A stretch of DNA of 64,000 bases from Candidatus Babeliales bacterium (GTDB lineage: Bacteria > Babelota > Babeliae > Babelales > JANWKD01): positions 64,001 through 128,000 of the forward strand of contig CAVRJO010000002.1 of NCBI GenBank assembly GCA_963722255.1. The letters run 5' to 3'. A model generated the notes under the pieces. That model made no database searches. It was not told the origin of the DNA and saw only the letters and a program-made list of their open reading frames with translations. The position numbers and the translations under genes are program-made. Below, in pieces: positions 49,120-59,853 of the stretch (its first letter is position 1; every line of letters starts with the position of its first letter).

Positions 49120-50547
49120 TTACCTTTTTTTTGAAATAAATCGAGCCATTTCGTTTAAAAACCGCTCAATTCGGAACAGTGTTTCCTTTTTGCCCAAAAG
49201 TTCCATCAATTCAAAGATGCCCGGACTTGCCGTTGTTGCTGTTAATGCTAATCGAAGCGGCTGAGCAAGAGCAACAAGTTGAATTCCATATTCCTTACAA
49301 ACTGTTTTGGTACAGTTTTTTATAAATTCAAGGGAATAGTCTTCACTATTTTTTATACGATCAGCTAACTCTTGTAGATGCGTAAGAATATGTTCATGAA
49401 TCCATTGTTCTTTATCAGATTCTGCTATCTCATTCTTTGCATCATGTAATGCATACAATTTTTCACGTAGATCGATGAGCGTTAATGAACGCTCTTTATA
49501 CAAAGCAACAAACCCTAATAATTGTTCATGACTCCATTGAGAAAAATGAGCACAAAAGTTGTGGTCAATATCTTTCTGCATATGATCAATAAGCTCTTGA
49601 TTTGGCATTTGTCGAATATAAAGACCATTTAACCAATCTAATTTTTTGTGATCAAATATAGATCCTTTTTTATTAACCGCTTCTAACGTAAAATGCGTAA
49701 TTAACTCATCAATGCTAAAAACTTCCTGATCACCATGTGACCATCCAAGTCGAACTAAATAATTACACAAAGCATGTGCTAAATACCCATTTTTTTTATA
49801 ATCAAGGACTGAAGTAGCACCATCACGTTTACTGAGCTTTGATCCCGAAGGACCCAGGATTAAAGGAAGATGTGCAAAAAAAGGAGTTGGAAATCCCAAT
49901 GCTTGATATAAGATAATTTGCTTTGGTGTATTTTGTAGATGCTCTTCACCACGAATTACGTGGGTAATCTTCATAGCAGTATCATCAGCAACAACGACGA
50001 AATTATAAACTGGCGTTCCATCCGAACGCGCAATAATAAAATCATCAAACTGATCCAAGGGAAAAGAAATAGACCCATAAATTAAATCAGTAAACTCTAT
50101 TCTTTGTTGATCTTCCGGAAGCTTTATACGAACCACAAAAGGCTGATCAGTTTCTACGGGTTCTTTCATTCTACACAACGAAGCATATCTAAAATAATCC
50201 ATAGATTCAACATCGGTCGATATGGGGCAATAACAGCGATATGCTTTGCCTTGATCCAAGAGTTGTTTAATTAATTTTTTATGAAGTTCAATTGCATGAC
50301 TTTGAATGACTAAAGGTTCATCACTGGTTATTGAAACCCATTCAAGAGCTCCCAAAATTGAATCGAAAAATTCCGGCGTTGAACGTTCAAGATCAGTATC
50401 TTCAATTCGAACAAGAAATGTCCCTTGAAAATGTCGTGCAAAAAGCCAATTGAATAAGGCAGTTCTTAATCCACCAATATGAAGGTTACCCGTCGGTGAT
50501 GGTGCAAAACGAACTCGAACGGTTTGCTCAGATAAAGATGTACCCAT
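49120..50547 (-). CDS. gltX: Glutamate--tRNA ligase
   Basis: RFAPSPTG.LHIGG, LVRIEDTD, KLSKR. Confidence 0.97.
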   Translation of the reverse strand: MGTSLSEQTVRVRFAPSPTGNLHIGGLRTALFNWLFARHFQGTFLVRIEDTDLERSTPEFFDSILGALEWVSITSDEPLVIQSHAIELHKKLIKQLLDQGKAYRCYCPISTDVESMDYFRYASLCRMKEPVETDQPFVVRIKLPEDQQRIEFTDLIYGSISFPLDQFDDFIIARSDGTPVYNFVVVADDTAMKITHVIRGEEHLQNTPKQIILYQALGFPTPFFAHLPLILGPSGSKLSKRDGATSVLDYKKNGYLAHALCNYLVRLGWSHGDQEVFSIDELITHFTLEAVNKKGSIFDHKKLDWLNGLYIRQMPNQELIDHMQKDIDHNFCAHFSQWSHEQLLGFVALYKERSLTLIDLREKLYALHDAKNEIAESDKEQWIHEHILTHLQELADRIKNSEDYSLEFIKNCTKTVCKEYGIQLVALAQPLRLALTATTASPGIFELMELLGKKETLFRIERFLNEMARFISKKR

Positions 50548-50576
50548 AGCGTATAAATTTCCTTAGATTAGAAATG

Positions 50577-51239
50577 TTATTGGATTTTTTCATCCGCCAA
50601 GAGAGCCCACGGTGATGCAGAAGTCGCTTGTGCTGTTGAAAACTCTTTTTTAAGCTCTTGCCAACTGTGTATCGCTTTAACAGTATCACCTTGACTCATA
50701 AAATAATCACCCAAATAATAGAGCGCTTCATCGCGTTGTACATTATTTTTATCATGCGCTAGCTTTTCTAGTTCTTTCAACCCTTCTGATTGAATTGCTG
50801 CATCGTCAAAATCCAATTTAATAAGAGCTAACTTTACTGCATAAAGATAATAAAGAGGCGAACTAGTGCCCATCTGCTTTAAAGCATCTGCTAAAAGCTT
50901 ACAACCTTCTTGCATATTTCCTTGAGCAAGAGCAGCTTGGGACTCAAGCACTAAAAAGTAAGGACCAAAGGAACTTGATTTAGATGAACGATAGCCGGTT
51001 TTTGCAGCTAACTCAGCATTGGGCCACAATTCAGCATTTTTTTGACCATGATGGAATTCTTCCAGGGTTTGTGAAAATGCAAATTGCGCACGTTCTTGTT
51101 GTTCATGTGCATATACAGAATAAAAATAGTAAGCTCCACCACCAAAAATACAAAAGAGTGGAATTCCCATGAGGAGCAACCCATTCTTTTTCATAAAATT
51201 TTTTACGCGATCGCTCAATATATAACTTTGATTAATCAT
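50577..51239 (-). CDS. Membrane-anchored TPR protein (YfgM-like)
   Basis: Single TM helix then TPR-like helices (EALYYLGDYF...KAIHSWQEL). Start uncertain. Confidence 0.65.
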   Translation of the reverse strand: MINQSYILSDRVKNFMKKNGLLLMGIPLFCIFGGGAYYFYSVYAHEQQERAQFAFSQTLEEFHHGQKNAELWPNAELAAKTGYRSSKSSSFGPYFLVLESQAALAQGNMQEGCKLLADALKQMGTSSPLYYLYAVKLALIKLDFDDAAIQSEGLKELEKLAHDKNNVQRDEALYYLGDYFMSQGDTVKAIHSWQELKKEFSTAQATSASPWALLADEKIQ

Positions 51240-51323
51240 ACTAACAACTCCGAAGATAACTGAATAATTAATAAACAAACAAACAGTACCATAGCTCTAT
51301 AAAACACACAAGTAGGGATACTG

Positions 51324-52373
51324 TTAGGATACAACCATTTCATGCGATGATAGCGTTAATGTTTGCTTTATGACTTGTTCACGATCTAACAACTTAATTA
51401 AATTATCATTAAATTTTTCTACAACGCCGTGTGTTACAACACGATGCGCAAATGTTATAGCGTTTTCAAAAGCGTCACTATTTGAACAACCATGAGCAAC
51501 AACAAGAGGATGATGCACCCCAAGGAGCAATGCTCCTCCTACATTTTTATAGTCAATAGCATTGTATACTTTTTTAAAAAACGGTTTTGCCAAAAGACCA
51601 ACACAGCGACCCCATACTGAACTAGAAAAAGATGTTTTCATAAATCCAGTTAATGCATGCGTTGCTCCTTGAACCGATTTCAAGACAACATTGCCAACAA
51701 ATCCATCACAAACAATGACATCTGCATAATCATTAAAGATTTCACGAGCTTCAACATTACCAATAAAATTAATCGATGAATGCTCTAAAAGCGTATAGGC
51801 TACTTTTGTAGCATAAGATCCTTTGCCTCGTTCATGTCCATTTGAAAGCAATCCAACACGCGGCTGGGCAATTCCGCTCATAAAGCTAACAAATGCATGA
51901 CCCATACAAGCAAACTGCTGTAAAAAGTCAGGCTTACAATCAACATTTGCACCAATATCAAGCAAAAAGACTGATCCCTTTTGTGTTGGCAAAAAAGTCC
52001 CCAATGCTGGTCTTGCAACACCTTTAAGCCGCTCGAAAACTAAAATACTTCCAACAACTGCAGACCCAGAATTGCCTGCGGTAACAACGGCTTGAGCTTG
52101 TTGATTTTTAACAGCATGCAAAGCACGCATTAATGAAGAATTTTTTTTAAGAACACTACGCGTTGGCTCTTCAGCCATTCCTATTGATTCTGGACAATCA
52201 ACAATATCCAAGGGCAATGATCGCCAATTCTGATCGATTTTTTTTAATAAATCGACCAAAACAGCCTTTTGACCAAACAGGGTAATTTTAATACCTTTTT
52301 TGGCTGCATTATATGCTCCTTGGACTGTAATTGCTGGTGCAAAATCACCGCCCATAGCATCTACTGCTATCAT
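51324..52373 (-). CDS. plsX: Phosphate acyltransferase PlsX
   Basis: IAVDAMGGDFAP, LLDIGANVD, VCDGFVGNVVLK, GGALLLG. Confidence 0.96.
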   Translation of the reverse strand: MIAVDAMGGDFAPAITVQGAYNAAKKGIKITLFGQKAVLVDLLKKIDQNWRSLPLDIVDCPESIGMAEEPTRSVLKKNSSLMRALHAVKNQQAQAVVTAGNSGSAVVGSILVFERLKGVARPALGTFLPTQKGSVFLLDIGANVDCKPDFLQQFACMGHAFVSFMSGIAQPRVGLLSNGHERGKGSYATKVAYTLLEHSSINFIGNVEAREIFNDYADVIVCDGFVGNVVLKSVQGATHALTGFMKTSFSSSVWGRCVGLLAKPFFKKVYNAIDYKNVGGALLLGVHHPLVVAHGCSNSDAFENAITFAHRVVTHGVVEKFNDNLIKLLDREQVIKQTLTLSSHEMVVS

Positions 52374-52639
52374 TATTTTTCTTCTGGTTCTTGTGTCTGG
52401 GTAGATTCAGTTTTTTTTGCTTTTTTTGCTTGATTCAATTCTGCTCGTTTAACCAACCGTTCAACTTTAGTTGTTACAACTTTTACACCCTTATAATGAC
52501 CACATTCTTTACAAAGTTGGTGTGGTGCAATCGCAGATTTGCATTGTGGACATGTTGCAATTTGTTTTGGCTTCAAACCTTTATTTGCAAATCTTTTATC
52601 TCTTCTGGCCTTAGACCGTTTTCGTTTTGGTACTGGCAT
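52373..52639 (-). CDS. rpmF: 50S ribosomal protein L32 (Zn-ribbon type)
   Basis: MPVPKRKRSKARRDKR, CPQC...CKECG.Y.G. Confidence 0.95.
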   Translation of the reverse strand: MPVPKRKRSKARRDKRFANKGLKPKQIATCPQCKSAIAPHQLCKECGHYKGVKVVTTKVERLVKRAELNQAKKAKKTESTQTQEPEEK

Positions 52640-52828
52640 GGCAATCTCCAATGTGCTTAAATTATGGTAAACATGCTATTAAATGTATATTCATAGTAGC
52701 AAAAACCATAAAAAAAACAATTTTTTGCAATCTTTTTGAACTATAAGGGTTCAACTTCTCCTTAGATTGCCTTAATGCCCCAAAATCAACACCAAGAGCC
52801 AGTGTGATAAATTATTATCAAACTCGTA

Positions 52829-53593
52829 TTACATAGGTATTCCAAAGTGGCAGGTAACACCTTTAAGATTCTCATCATATTCACATTCAAGAGATTTAGG
52901 TTTCAAAAGCTGAATAGCAGCATCATCATGTTTTACTTGTGCATAATCTAATGCTGTTTTGCCTTGATTATTTTTTAAATTTACATCAGCACCATAGGTA
53001 AGAAGTAAGGTAATAACACCAAGATTTTTATTATTGCTATTTCTCATTACTGCATACATAAGCGGCGTCATGCCGGCCTTATCTTTGAGATTAGGATCCG
53101 CGCCAAAATCAAGCAGCTTATGAGCAGCATTAGTTAACCCTGAGCGAGCGGCTAAATGTAAAGCGGTTAATCCATCTTTATTTACACCATTTGGATTTGC
53201 ACCCTTTTTAAGGAGATATTCCATAACATGAAGATATCCCCCCAGCAATGCGGCCATTAAGGGCGTTGCATTAAATGGAACCTTAGAAAATTTCACCGTT
53301 CTTGCTTCATTAAGTGCCCCAATAGGAATATCAACGCGCTTACCGGCATAAAGATCAAGAAAAAATCTATCTCGTGGATCAATTACCTCTTTAAGCTGCT
53401 TCTTTTTTTGCATTCTTTTTGCTTGGCTAAATAAACTTTGCGCTCGGCTACTTAATGTTTTTACAATACTTTGAGAGGCTCTCCAACTTGCAAGAAACTG
53501 CTTATCTTCCTCTTCCTTGTTTTTTTTAACAGCTTCTTGACAGAAACTGATACTCATTAAGCCTATGACTATGGCAATGACTCTTTTTTTCAT
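52829..53593 (-). CDS. Secreted ankyrin-repeat protein
   Basis: Signal peptide; TPLMAA, GLTALHLAA, GMTPLMYA, GKTALDYA. Confidence 0.9.
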   Translation of the reverse strand: MKKRVIAIVIGLMSISFCQEAVKKNKEEEDKQFLASWRASQSIVKTLSSRAQSLFSQAKRMQKKKQLKEVIDPRDRFFLDLYAGKRVDIPIGALNEARTVKFSKVPFNATPLMAALLGGYLHVMEYLLKKGANPNGVNKDGLTALHLAARSGLTNAAHKLLDFGADPNLKDKAGMTPLMYAVMRNSNNKNLGVITLLLTYGADVNLKNNQGKTALDYAQVKHDDAAIQLLKPKSLECEYDENLKGVTCHFGIPM

Positions 53594-53672
53594 TATGACC
53601 CCTTTTAAATTCGAGTTCCCTAACAAAATGATACTTAAATAAGAAAAAAATAATCAAGAAAAGGTAGAAAAA

Positions 53673-54779
53673 TTATATACAGCGCCAAAGCCCACTATGA
53701 TCTTGCTCAATTTTACCATCAACTTGAAAGTCAAATAAAGTGCCATTCAATTCAGCAAAGGACATCCCTGTTTTAAGCATAAGTTCTTCTGTAGAAATTG
53801 GAGTAGCACATAAAATGAGAAAAGGATCTTGCACCGCAGGTTGCACAATCTCTTTTTGACTCTGATTGGCACCATTCATATTCTTACGACTGGCTATTCG
53901 CTCAGCAATAGCTTCATCAAACTCTTCAAGGATATCATACGCATTGGTTATAAGCTTTGCTCCTTGTTGAATTAAAAGATGACCACCCTTTTGTAATGGG
54001 TCATCAATTCTACCAGGAACAACAAAAACATCTTTACCCTGCTCCAGAGCAAAACGCGCAGTAATAGAAGCACCACTCTTTTCAGCTGCCTGAACAACCA
54101 AACATCCCTTACTTAATCCTGCAATAATACGATTTCGAGCAGGAAAATTTCCCGGCAGCGGCTCCATCTGAAGACTAAAAGAACTTATCAAAGCACCGCC
54201 TGATGCACAAATAGCATCAAATAATTTATTATTTTCAGAAGGATATCGACGTAAAAGACCTGAACCAAGAATTGCATAGGTGGTTCCGCCCGATTCAAGA
54301 GCTGCTTTATGAGCGAATGTATCAGCCCCTAGAGCTCCGCCGCTCACAATAACCCACCCTTGTTCAATCAAAGGAGGAATAATCATCTGAATAGCAGTAT
54401 TTGCATAGGTCAATGCTTTTCGAGAACCCACAACTGCAAGAGATTTTGTTTCCTTCAAAGTCCCTTGTATATAAAGAACTGCAGGAGGCAAATAGATTTG
54501 GCGTAAAAGATCGGGATACTCAGATTCAAAAATGGTTACTATGCGCACTGAATTTTTTTGCGCAAGCTGCAGCTCACGCTCAAGAGATTTAGTATCTGAA
54601 AGGCCAGACACAAGCTTTGTAGCTTGTGCTGGCGATAATCCACACGTAGTAATAAAATCTGATTCGCTAAATTCATACACCGTTGGCAACTGCTCTAAAC
54701 TCATCGTTTGAACAATACGATGTATAGTTCCAGGACCAATGCCGTTCAATAACGAAAGATGTATTAAACAGTTAGTCAT
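53673..54779 (-). CDS. dprA: DNA-processing protein DprA
   Basis: AVVGSR, VSGGALGAD, FPARNRIIAGLS, SGASITA. Confidence 0.95.
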   Translation of the reverse strand: MTNCLIHLSLLNGIGPGTIHRIVQTMSLEQLPTVYEFSESDFITTCGLSPAQATKLVSGLSDTKSLERELQLAQKNSVRIVTIFESEYPDLLRQIYLPPAVLYIQGTLKETKSLAVVGSRKALTYANTAIQMIIPPLIEQGWVIVSGGALGADTFAHKAALESGGTTYAILGSGLLRRYPSENNKLFDAICASGGALISSFSLQMEPLPGNFPARNRIIAGLSKGCLVVQAAEKSGASITARFALEQGKDVFVVPGRIDDPLQKGGHLLIQQGAKLITNAYDILEEFDEAIAERIASRKNMNGANQSQKEIVQPAVQDPFLILCATPISTEELMLKTGMSFAELNGTLFDFQVDGKIEQDHSGLWRCI

Positions 54780-57410
54780 TTATAGAAGTATCTCATCATC
54801 AGGGTTACTTTCAAATGCCGACTCTTCTTTATCACTAAATTCCAATGAATAGTCATCAATAAGAGCTTCTTCAAATCGAATAGCATCATCAGCATAAGCA
54901 TATCCACCAAAGCCCTTAGCAGGCTTTTTGGATTCAGAAGATTCATTTTCTTGCCCAGCATCATGATTATGATTCTCTTCTTCAAAAGAAATTACTGATG
55001 AAACTCTTTGCTCCTCATCCAGCTTAATGAGACGAACACCTTTTGCTTGTCGACCCATAGTACGAATTTCTGAAGGCGATAGACGAATCATCTTGCCGGT
55101 AGTATCAATCAATAATACATTAGAGTTTTCACCAACAACCGCAAGGCCTATAACATGCCCATTTCGCTCAGTAGTTGGAATAGTACGAACACCATATCCT
55201 CCACGATGAGCAACGCGGAAATCTTCAGCTTTTACACGCTTACCATAACCACGAGCAGTTGCAAAAAGAATATCGCGATCATCTGAAATAACTTCCATTC
55301 CGACAACACGATCACCATCTTTGAGACGAATGCCCATCACGCCTGATGCTTGGCGACCCATTTGGCGAACTTCCGTTTCTTTAAATCGTATGCCTTGGCC
55401 ATTAGCAGTAGCAAGAACGATTGAATCATTGCCTGAACTTAATTGGCAAAAGACAAGCTCATCATTTTCTCGCAACGTAATAGCACGTATACCCGAGCTT
55501 CTAATTTTTGAAAATTCCATTGCATCGGTACGCTTAATAATTCCATCGCGTGTAACCATTACCAATGATTTATTTTCTAAATCTCGTGTTGGTAATAATT
55601 TTACGACATGTTCATCTGGGGTTAATGGCAATAAATTAACAATAGCACGACCTTTTGCAATACGAGAGCCTTCAGGTATTTCAAATACTTTAAGACTGTA
55701 TACACGACCCAAGTTGGTGAAGAAGAGAAGTTCATCATGTGTTTTAGCAACAAAAACATCTCGCATTAAATCACCGGATTCATCAAGGGCTGCCATGCCC
55801 ATCTTGCCTCTTCCACCACGATGCTGCACACCATAAACTTCCAATGGCACACGCTTAATGTATCCCTTGGTTGTTAAGGTTACCACCACATCTTCTTCAG
55901 GAATCAAATCAGCCTCAGTAAGAATATCAAGCGGACCTTCAATCTTGGTACGACGCTTATCGGCATACTGAGTTTTAATTTCTTCAAGTTCGCGTTTAAC
56001 TTCTGCTTGTAACACTGATTTATCGGTAATAACGGATTTATAATAGGCAATGATCTTCTTCAATTCATCCATTTCATGATAAATTTTTTCTTGCTCAAGC
56101 CCCGTCAAACGTTGTAAACGCATTTCTAAGATTGCTTTTCCTTGTTCCGGCGTTAACAAGAAGCGCTTATTTAAAGCAGCTATTGCATGTTCAGCAGAAC
56201 GAGAACTTTTAATAAGAGCAATAACATCATCAATACTTTGCAATGCAATAATAAAACCGGCTAAAATATGCTCGCGCATTTCGGCTTTTTTCAAATCATA
56301 TACCGTACGCTTATGTATGACCTCATGGCGATGCATAACAAATTCATGAATCAATTGACGAAGCGTAAATATCATTGGCTTGTTATCAAGCAATGCAAGC
56401 ATTAAAATCGAAACGGTCGTTTGCAATGACGTAAACTTATACAGCTGATTTAAAATAACTTGTGGCATTTCACCACGTTTAATTTCTATAACTAAGCGCA
56501 TACCTTTCTTATCAGATTCATCTCTAATATTGGTAACACCTTCTATTATTTTATTTTTTACGAGATCAGCTATTTTGATAGTCAATTCAGCCTTATTTGC
56601 TTGATAAGGAAGTTCAGTAACAACAAGCGCACTACCCTTTTTTGTTTCTTCAACTTCAACAACACCGCGTAAAACAAGATTACCACGACCTGTTTTATAA
56701 GCGCGAACAATTCCCGCTCTACCACAAATAATACCGCCTGTTGGAAAATCTGGTGCAGGTATTAATTCAAAAAGCGCGTCATCAGTTATAGTTTCATCAG
56801 CTAAATATGCCAAACATGCATCAATAATTTCACTCAAATTATGCGGAGGCACTGAGGTTGCCATACCTACTGCAATACCGGCTGTTCCGTTAATCAATAA
56901 GTTAGGAAGTCGGCTTGGTAAAATGACGGGCTCAACGGTAGATTCATCAAAGTTTGGAACAAATTCAACCGTTTCTTTTTCAAGATCAGCAAGAATTTCT
57001 GAAGCAATTTTTGCCATACGAACTTCAGTATAACGCATCGCTGCAGCATTATCTCCATCAACTGACCCCCAGTTTCCTTGACCATCAAGCAATGGATAAC
57101 GCTTGGAGAACTCTTGAACAAGACCAACCATACTATTATATACGGCTTGATCGCCATGTGGATGGTATTTACCAAGAACTTCACCGACGATACGTACCGA
57201 TTTATGGTATGGCTTATTATGAAAGAATCCAAGCTGAGACATGGTATACAAAATTCTTCGATGCACCGGTTTAAGACCATCGCGTACATCAGGAATTGCA
57301 CGACTGACGATAACCGACATCGCATAATCTAAAAACGAGGCTTTTAATTCATCCTCAATTAAGATTGGCTTAACGTTATTTTTGGATAGTTTTTGGCTAT
57401 CTGTTGCCAT
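54780..57410 (-). CDS. gyrA: DNA gyrase subunit A
   Basis: [22 protein letters not shown], GyrA-box QHRGGRG, acidic tail. Confidence 0.97.
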   Translation of the reverse strand: MATDSQKLSKNNVKPILIEDELKASFLDYAMSVIVSRAIPDVRDGLKPVHRRILYTMSQLGFFHNKPYHKSVRIVGEVLGKYHPHGDQAVYNSMVGLVQEFSKRYPLLDGQGNWGSVDGDNAAAMRYTEVRMAKIASEILADLEKETVEFVPNFDESTVEPVILPSRLPNLLINGTAGIAVGMATSVPPHNLSEIIDACLAYLADETITDDALFELIPAPDFPTGGIICGRAGIVRAYKTGRGNLVLRGVVEVEETKKGSALVVTELPYQANKAELTIKIADLVKNKIIEGVTNIRDESDKKGMRLVIEIKRGEMPQVILNQLYKFTSLQTTVSILMLALLDNKPMIFTLRQLIHEFVMHRHEVIHKRTVYDLKKAEMREHILAGFIIALQSIDDVIALIKSSRSAEHAIAALNKRFLLTPEQGKAILEMRLQRLTGLEQEKIYHEMDELKKIIAYYKSVITDKSVLQAEVKRELEEIKTQYADKRRTKIEGPLDILTEADLIPEEDVVVTLTTKGYIKRVPLEVYGVQHRGGRGKMGMAALDESGDLMRDVFVAKTHDELLFFTNLGRVYSLKVFEIPEGSRIAKGRAIVNLLPLTPDEHVVKLLPTRDLENKSLVMVTRDGIIKRTDAMEFSKIRSSGIRAITLRENDELVFCQLSSGNDSIVLATANGQGIRFKETEVRQMGRQASGVMGIRLKDGDRVVGMEVISDDRDILFATARGYGKRVKAEDFRVAHRGGYGVRTIPTTERNGHVIGLAVVGENSNVLLIDTTGKMIRLSPSEIRTMGRQAKGVRLIKLDEEQRVSSVISFEEENHNHDAGQENESSESKKPAKGFGGYAYADDAIRFEEALIDDYSLEFSDKEESAFESNPDDEILL

Positions 57411-57743
57411 AGCAAGACCCTTTATAAAACCAATTTTTTCTTAAATAGACCTTAAATTTATGAATAAAAATAGTATAGAAAAAATACCTAAATTAGACAA
57501 GTTTAATCAAGTATCATACAATTATATTCACAACAACGGCATAACGCGCTCATTTAAGCAATTAATCATGATATAATAATTACAGCTTTGGTCTTTAATA
57601 TGTTTTCTCAAAAAAGCTTTTCTGCACAAAACCTGAAAAGCTCATTGAACTAAAAAAAGCCGTTGCTTAAATTTGAAAAAGATTAGACTTCTAGTATACT
57701 AAAGCTATTAGATAGAGATACATATTATTACAAGGATCTTACC

Positions 57744-57878
57744 ATGTCAGTTACCTATAAACCAAGCCGCATCAAAAGAGCAAGAAAACACGGATTTCGC
57801 AAAAGAATGGCAACAAAAGATGGTAGAAAAATCATCAACCGTCGCCGTGCTAAGGGTAGAAAACGTTTGACCGTTTAA
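57744..57878 (+). CDS. rpmH: 50S ribosomal protein L34
   Basis: [44 protein letters not shown] (44 aa; not in the ORF track). Confidence 0.96.
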   Translation: MSVTYKPSRIKRARKHGFRKRMATKDGRKIINRRRAKGRKRLTV

Positions 57879-57899
57879 TCTATTCCCTGTTACGTATTC

Positions 57900-58226
57900 A
57901 TGAAATCATTAAGCAGTTTTAAAAAATCGGAAATTCAAACCCTTTTTAAAACTGCTCGCACTAAAATTTCAATTCCCGGCATTACCATTAAAGTTGCCCC
58001 CAAACAAGGCGAAATTGGACGAATACTCATTGTTACGCCCAAAAAAATGGGGAATGCTCCTCAGCGTAATCTTATGCGCCGCCGTTTAAAATCTATTTTT
58101 TATGAGCAAAAACTATATGAGTGCCCTTTTGATCTTCTTGTTTTTGTCACCCATCCCGCGCTTGCTCTTCCTTTTATCACCTTGCAAGAATTAGTGGTAA
58201 AGGCAGTTCATGAAAATCATCAATAA
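57900..58226 (+). CDS. rnpA: Ribonuclease P protein component
   Basis: KKMGNAPQRNLMRRRLK; follows rpmH. Confidence 0.9.
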   Translation: MKSLSSFKKSEIQTLFKTARTKISIPGITIKVAPKQGEIGRILIVTPKKMGNAPQRNLMRRRLKSIFYEQKLYECPFDLLVFVTHPALALPFITLQELVVKAVHENHQ

Positions 58227-58419
58227 TTTTTTTATGCTTTTGCTCTATGCCTTTCGTCCATTGAATCATCTCATACTTGGTCCATCTTGCTGTAAGTTTG
58301 CTGTTTCATGTACCGAATATGCCATCGAGCAGCTACATGAAAAACCTCTTTTTTCTGCTCTCTGGGCGATATGCAAACGAATTTTTTCCTGCAATCCTTT
58401 TAGTTCTGTTAATTTTTAA
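58210..58419 (+). CDS. yidD: Membrane protein insertion efficiency factor
   Basis: CKFAVSCTEYA...RIFSCNPF; rpmH-rnpA-yidD synteny. Confidence 0.88.
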   Translation: MKIINNFFMLLLYAFRPLNHLILGPSCCKFAVSCTEYAIEQLHEKPLFSALWAICKRIFSCNPFSSVNF

Positions 58420-58592
58420 AAAATAATAATCTTTGTGAATTCAACCCTTGGGCAAACTCATGCCCATGATATTGAAAGTCGATAGTTCTTCAAATTGTCT
58501 TACAGCTTGTGAGACTCTCTTCAAAGAAAACTTGAAAGCGACCCTATCTTTAAAAAAATGCTTTACTCTTTCGTTCTTGAAACTGATCAACT

Positions 58593-58619
58593 AATTCTGC
58601 CGGCAGTGCCGGCAGAATT
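58593..58619. repeat. Perfect 13-bp-arm palindrome related to the palindrome inside the YhcG-family gene
   Basis: AATTCTGCCGGCA-G-TGCCGGCAGAATT; compare 59071-59097 AAAACTGCCGACA-C-TGTTGGCAGAAAT. Confidence 0.85.
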
Positions 58620-58783
58620 GGCTATTTACATAACCAAAAATAAAAAAAAACGTATATTGGAATATCCTCACAATTAAATGACTATTCTGTTTCAAAGTTG
58701 CTCGTTTTTAATCTACAATTTAAGAAAAGCTAAACATCTAAAATAATAATTTAAAGAAATAGATTCATTAAACAAGGCGGCAT

Positions 58784-59803
58784 ATGAAAATAGAAAAAAC
58801 TCAAAGCTATGCAGAGTTTCTAAAAGAGATTAACAATCGCATTCATGAAGCACAAAGCACGGCGCTTAAAGCGGTTAATAAACAGCTTATCACCCTCTAC
58901 TGGGATATCGGTAAATGCATTGTAGAAAAACAAAAAACCGAAAAATGGGGCGATTCTGTCTTAGAGCGGCTTGCAATTGACTTGCAAAATGCATTTCCAG
59001 GAATGAAAGGGTTCTCAGCAAGAAATTTATGGAGAATGCGCGATTTGTACCTCTCATACTGCGATAACGAAAAACTGCCGACACTGTTGGCAGAAATTAG
59101 TTGGAGTCATAATAGGGCAATTTTAGAGAAATGTAATGACATTCTTGAACGCGAATTCTATGTACGCATGTCTCGTAAATATAGTTGGAGCTATAGAGCT
59201 CTTTTAAACAATATTGAAAATCAAGCATATGAGAAAACATTGCTTGGCCAAACAAATTTTGATGAAACGCTCCCTGCAGATATGCGCAATAAAACAGCTC
59301 TTGTAGTTAAAGATGAATACACCTTTGACTTTTTGGAACTCGGTGATGATTTTAGTGAACGGCAACTGGAGAATGGATTGATTGCTCAAGTTGATGATTT
59401 TCTAAAGGAGATGGGGGGAATTTTTACTTATATTGGCAGACAATATCGCCTTGAAATAGATGATAAAGAATATTTCATAGATATTTTATTGTATCATCGC
59501 TCGTTAAAATGTTTGGTAGCAATTGAACTTAAAATTGGTGAGTTTATTCCTGAGTATGTGGGTAAAATGCAATTTTATCTTTCTGCCTTGGATGATCGCG
59601 AAAAAATGGCAGGAGAAAACCCTTCCATCGGAATTATTTTGTGTAAAACTAAAAGTAAAATGACGGTAGAATATGCGCTAAAAGATTCTCACAAACCTAT
59701 TGGCGTTGCTGCGTATACTGTTGTCAAAAAACTTCCAAAAGAGTTGCGCGATTTACTACCCAATGCTGAACAGATTGCAAAACTTCTTGGTTATATAGAA
59801 TAA
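58784..59803 (+). CDS. YhcG/DUF1016-family PD-(D/E)XK nuclease
   Basis: LYWDIG, GFSARNLWRMR, ISWSH, YFIDILLYHRSLKCLVAIELK, GKMQFYL, PSIGIILC. Confidence 0.93.
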   Translation: MKIEKTQSYAEFLKEINNRIHEAQSTALKAVNKQLITLYWDIGKCIVEKQKTEKWGDSVLERLAIDLQNAFPGMKGFSARNLWRMRDLYLSYCDNEKLPTLLAEISWSHNRAILEKCNDILEREFYVRMSRKYSWSYRALLNNIENQAYEKTLLGQTNFDETLPADMRNKTALVVKDEYTFDFLELGDDFSERQLENGLIAQVDDFLKEMGGIFTYIGRQYRLEIDDKEYFIDILLYHRSLKCLVAIELKIGEFIPEYVGKMQFYLSALDDREKMAGENPSIGIILCKTKSKMTVEYALKDSHKPIGVAAYTVVKKLPKELRDLLPNAEQIAKLLGYIE

Positions 59804-59821
59804 AAAGCATACATCAGAACA

Positions 59822-59848
59822 AAGGGCAGGGAATAATTCCCTGCCCTT
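59822..59848. terminator. Bidirectional terminator
   Basis: AAGGGCAGGGAAT-A-ATTCCCTGCCCTT. Confidence 0.75.
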
Positions 59849-59853
59849 GAGCT

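Noticed and set aside
55027..57332. Overlapping ORFs within gyrA (55321-55836, 56894-57325 and others)
   Set aside because: Shadow frames of a conserved gene.
57411..57743. oriC in the gyrA-rpmH spacer
   Set aside because: Only 2-mismatch DnaA-box-like words and no adjacent dnaA; not supportable.
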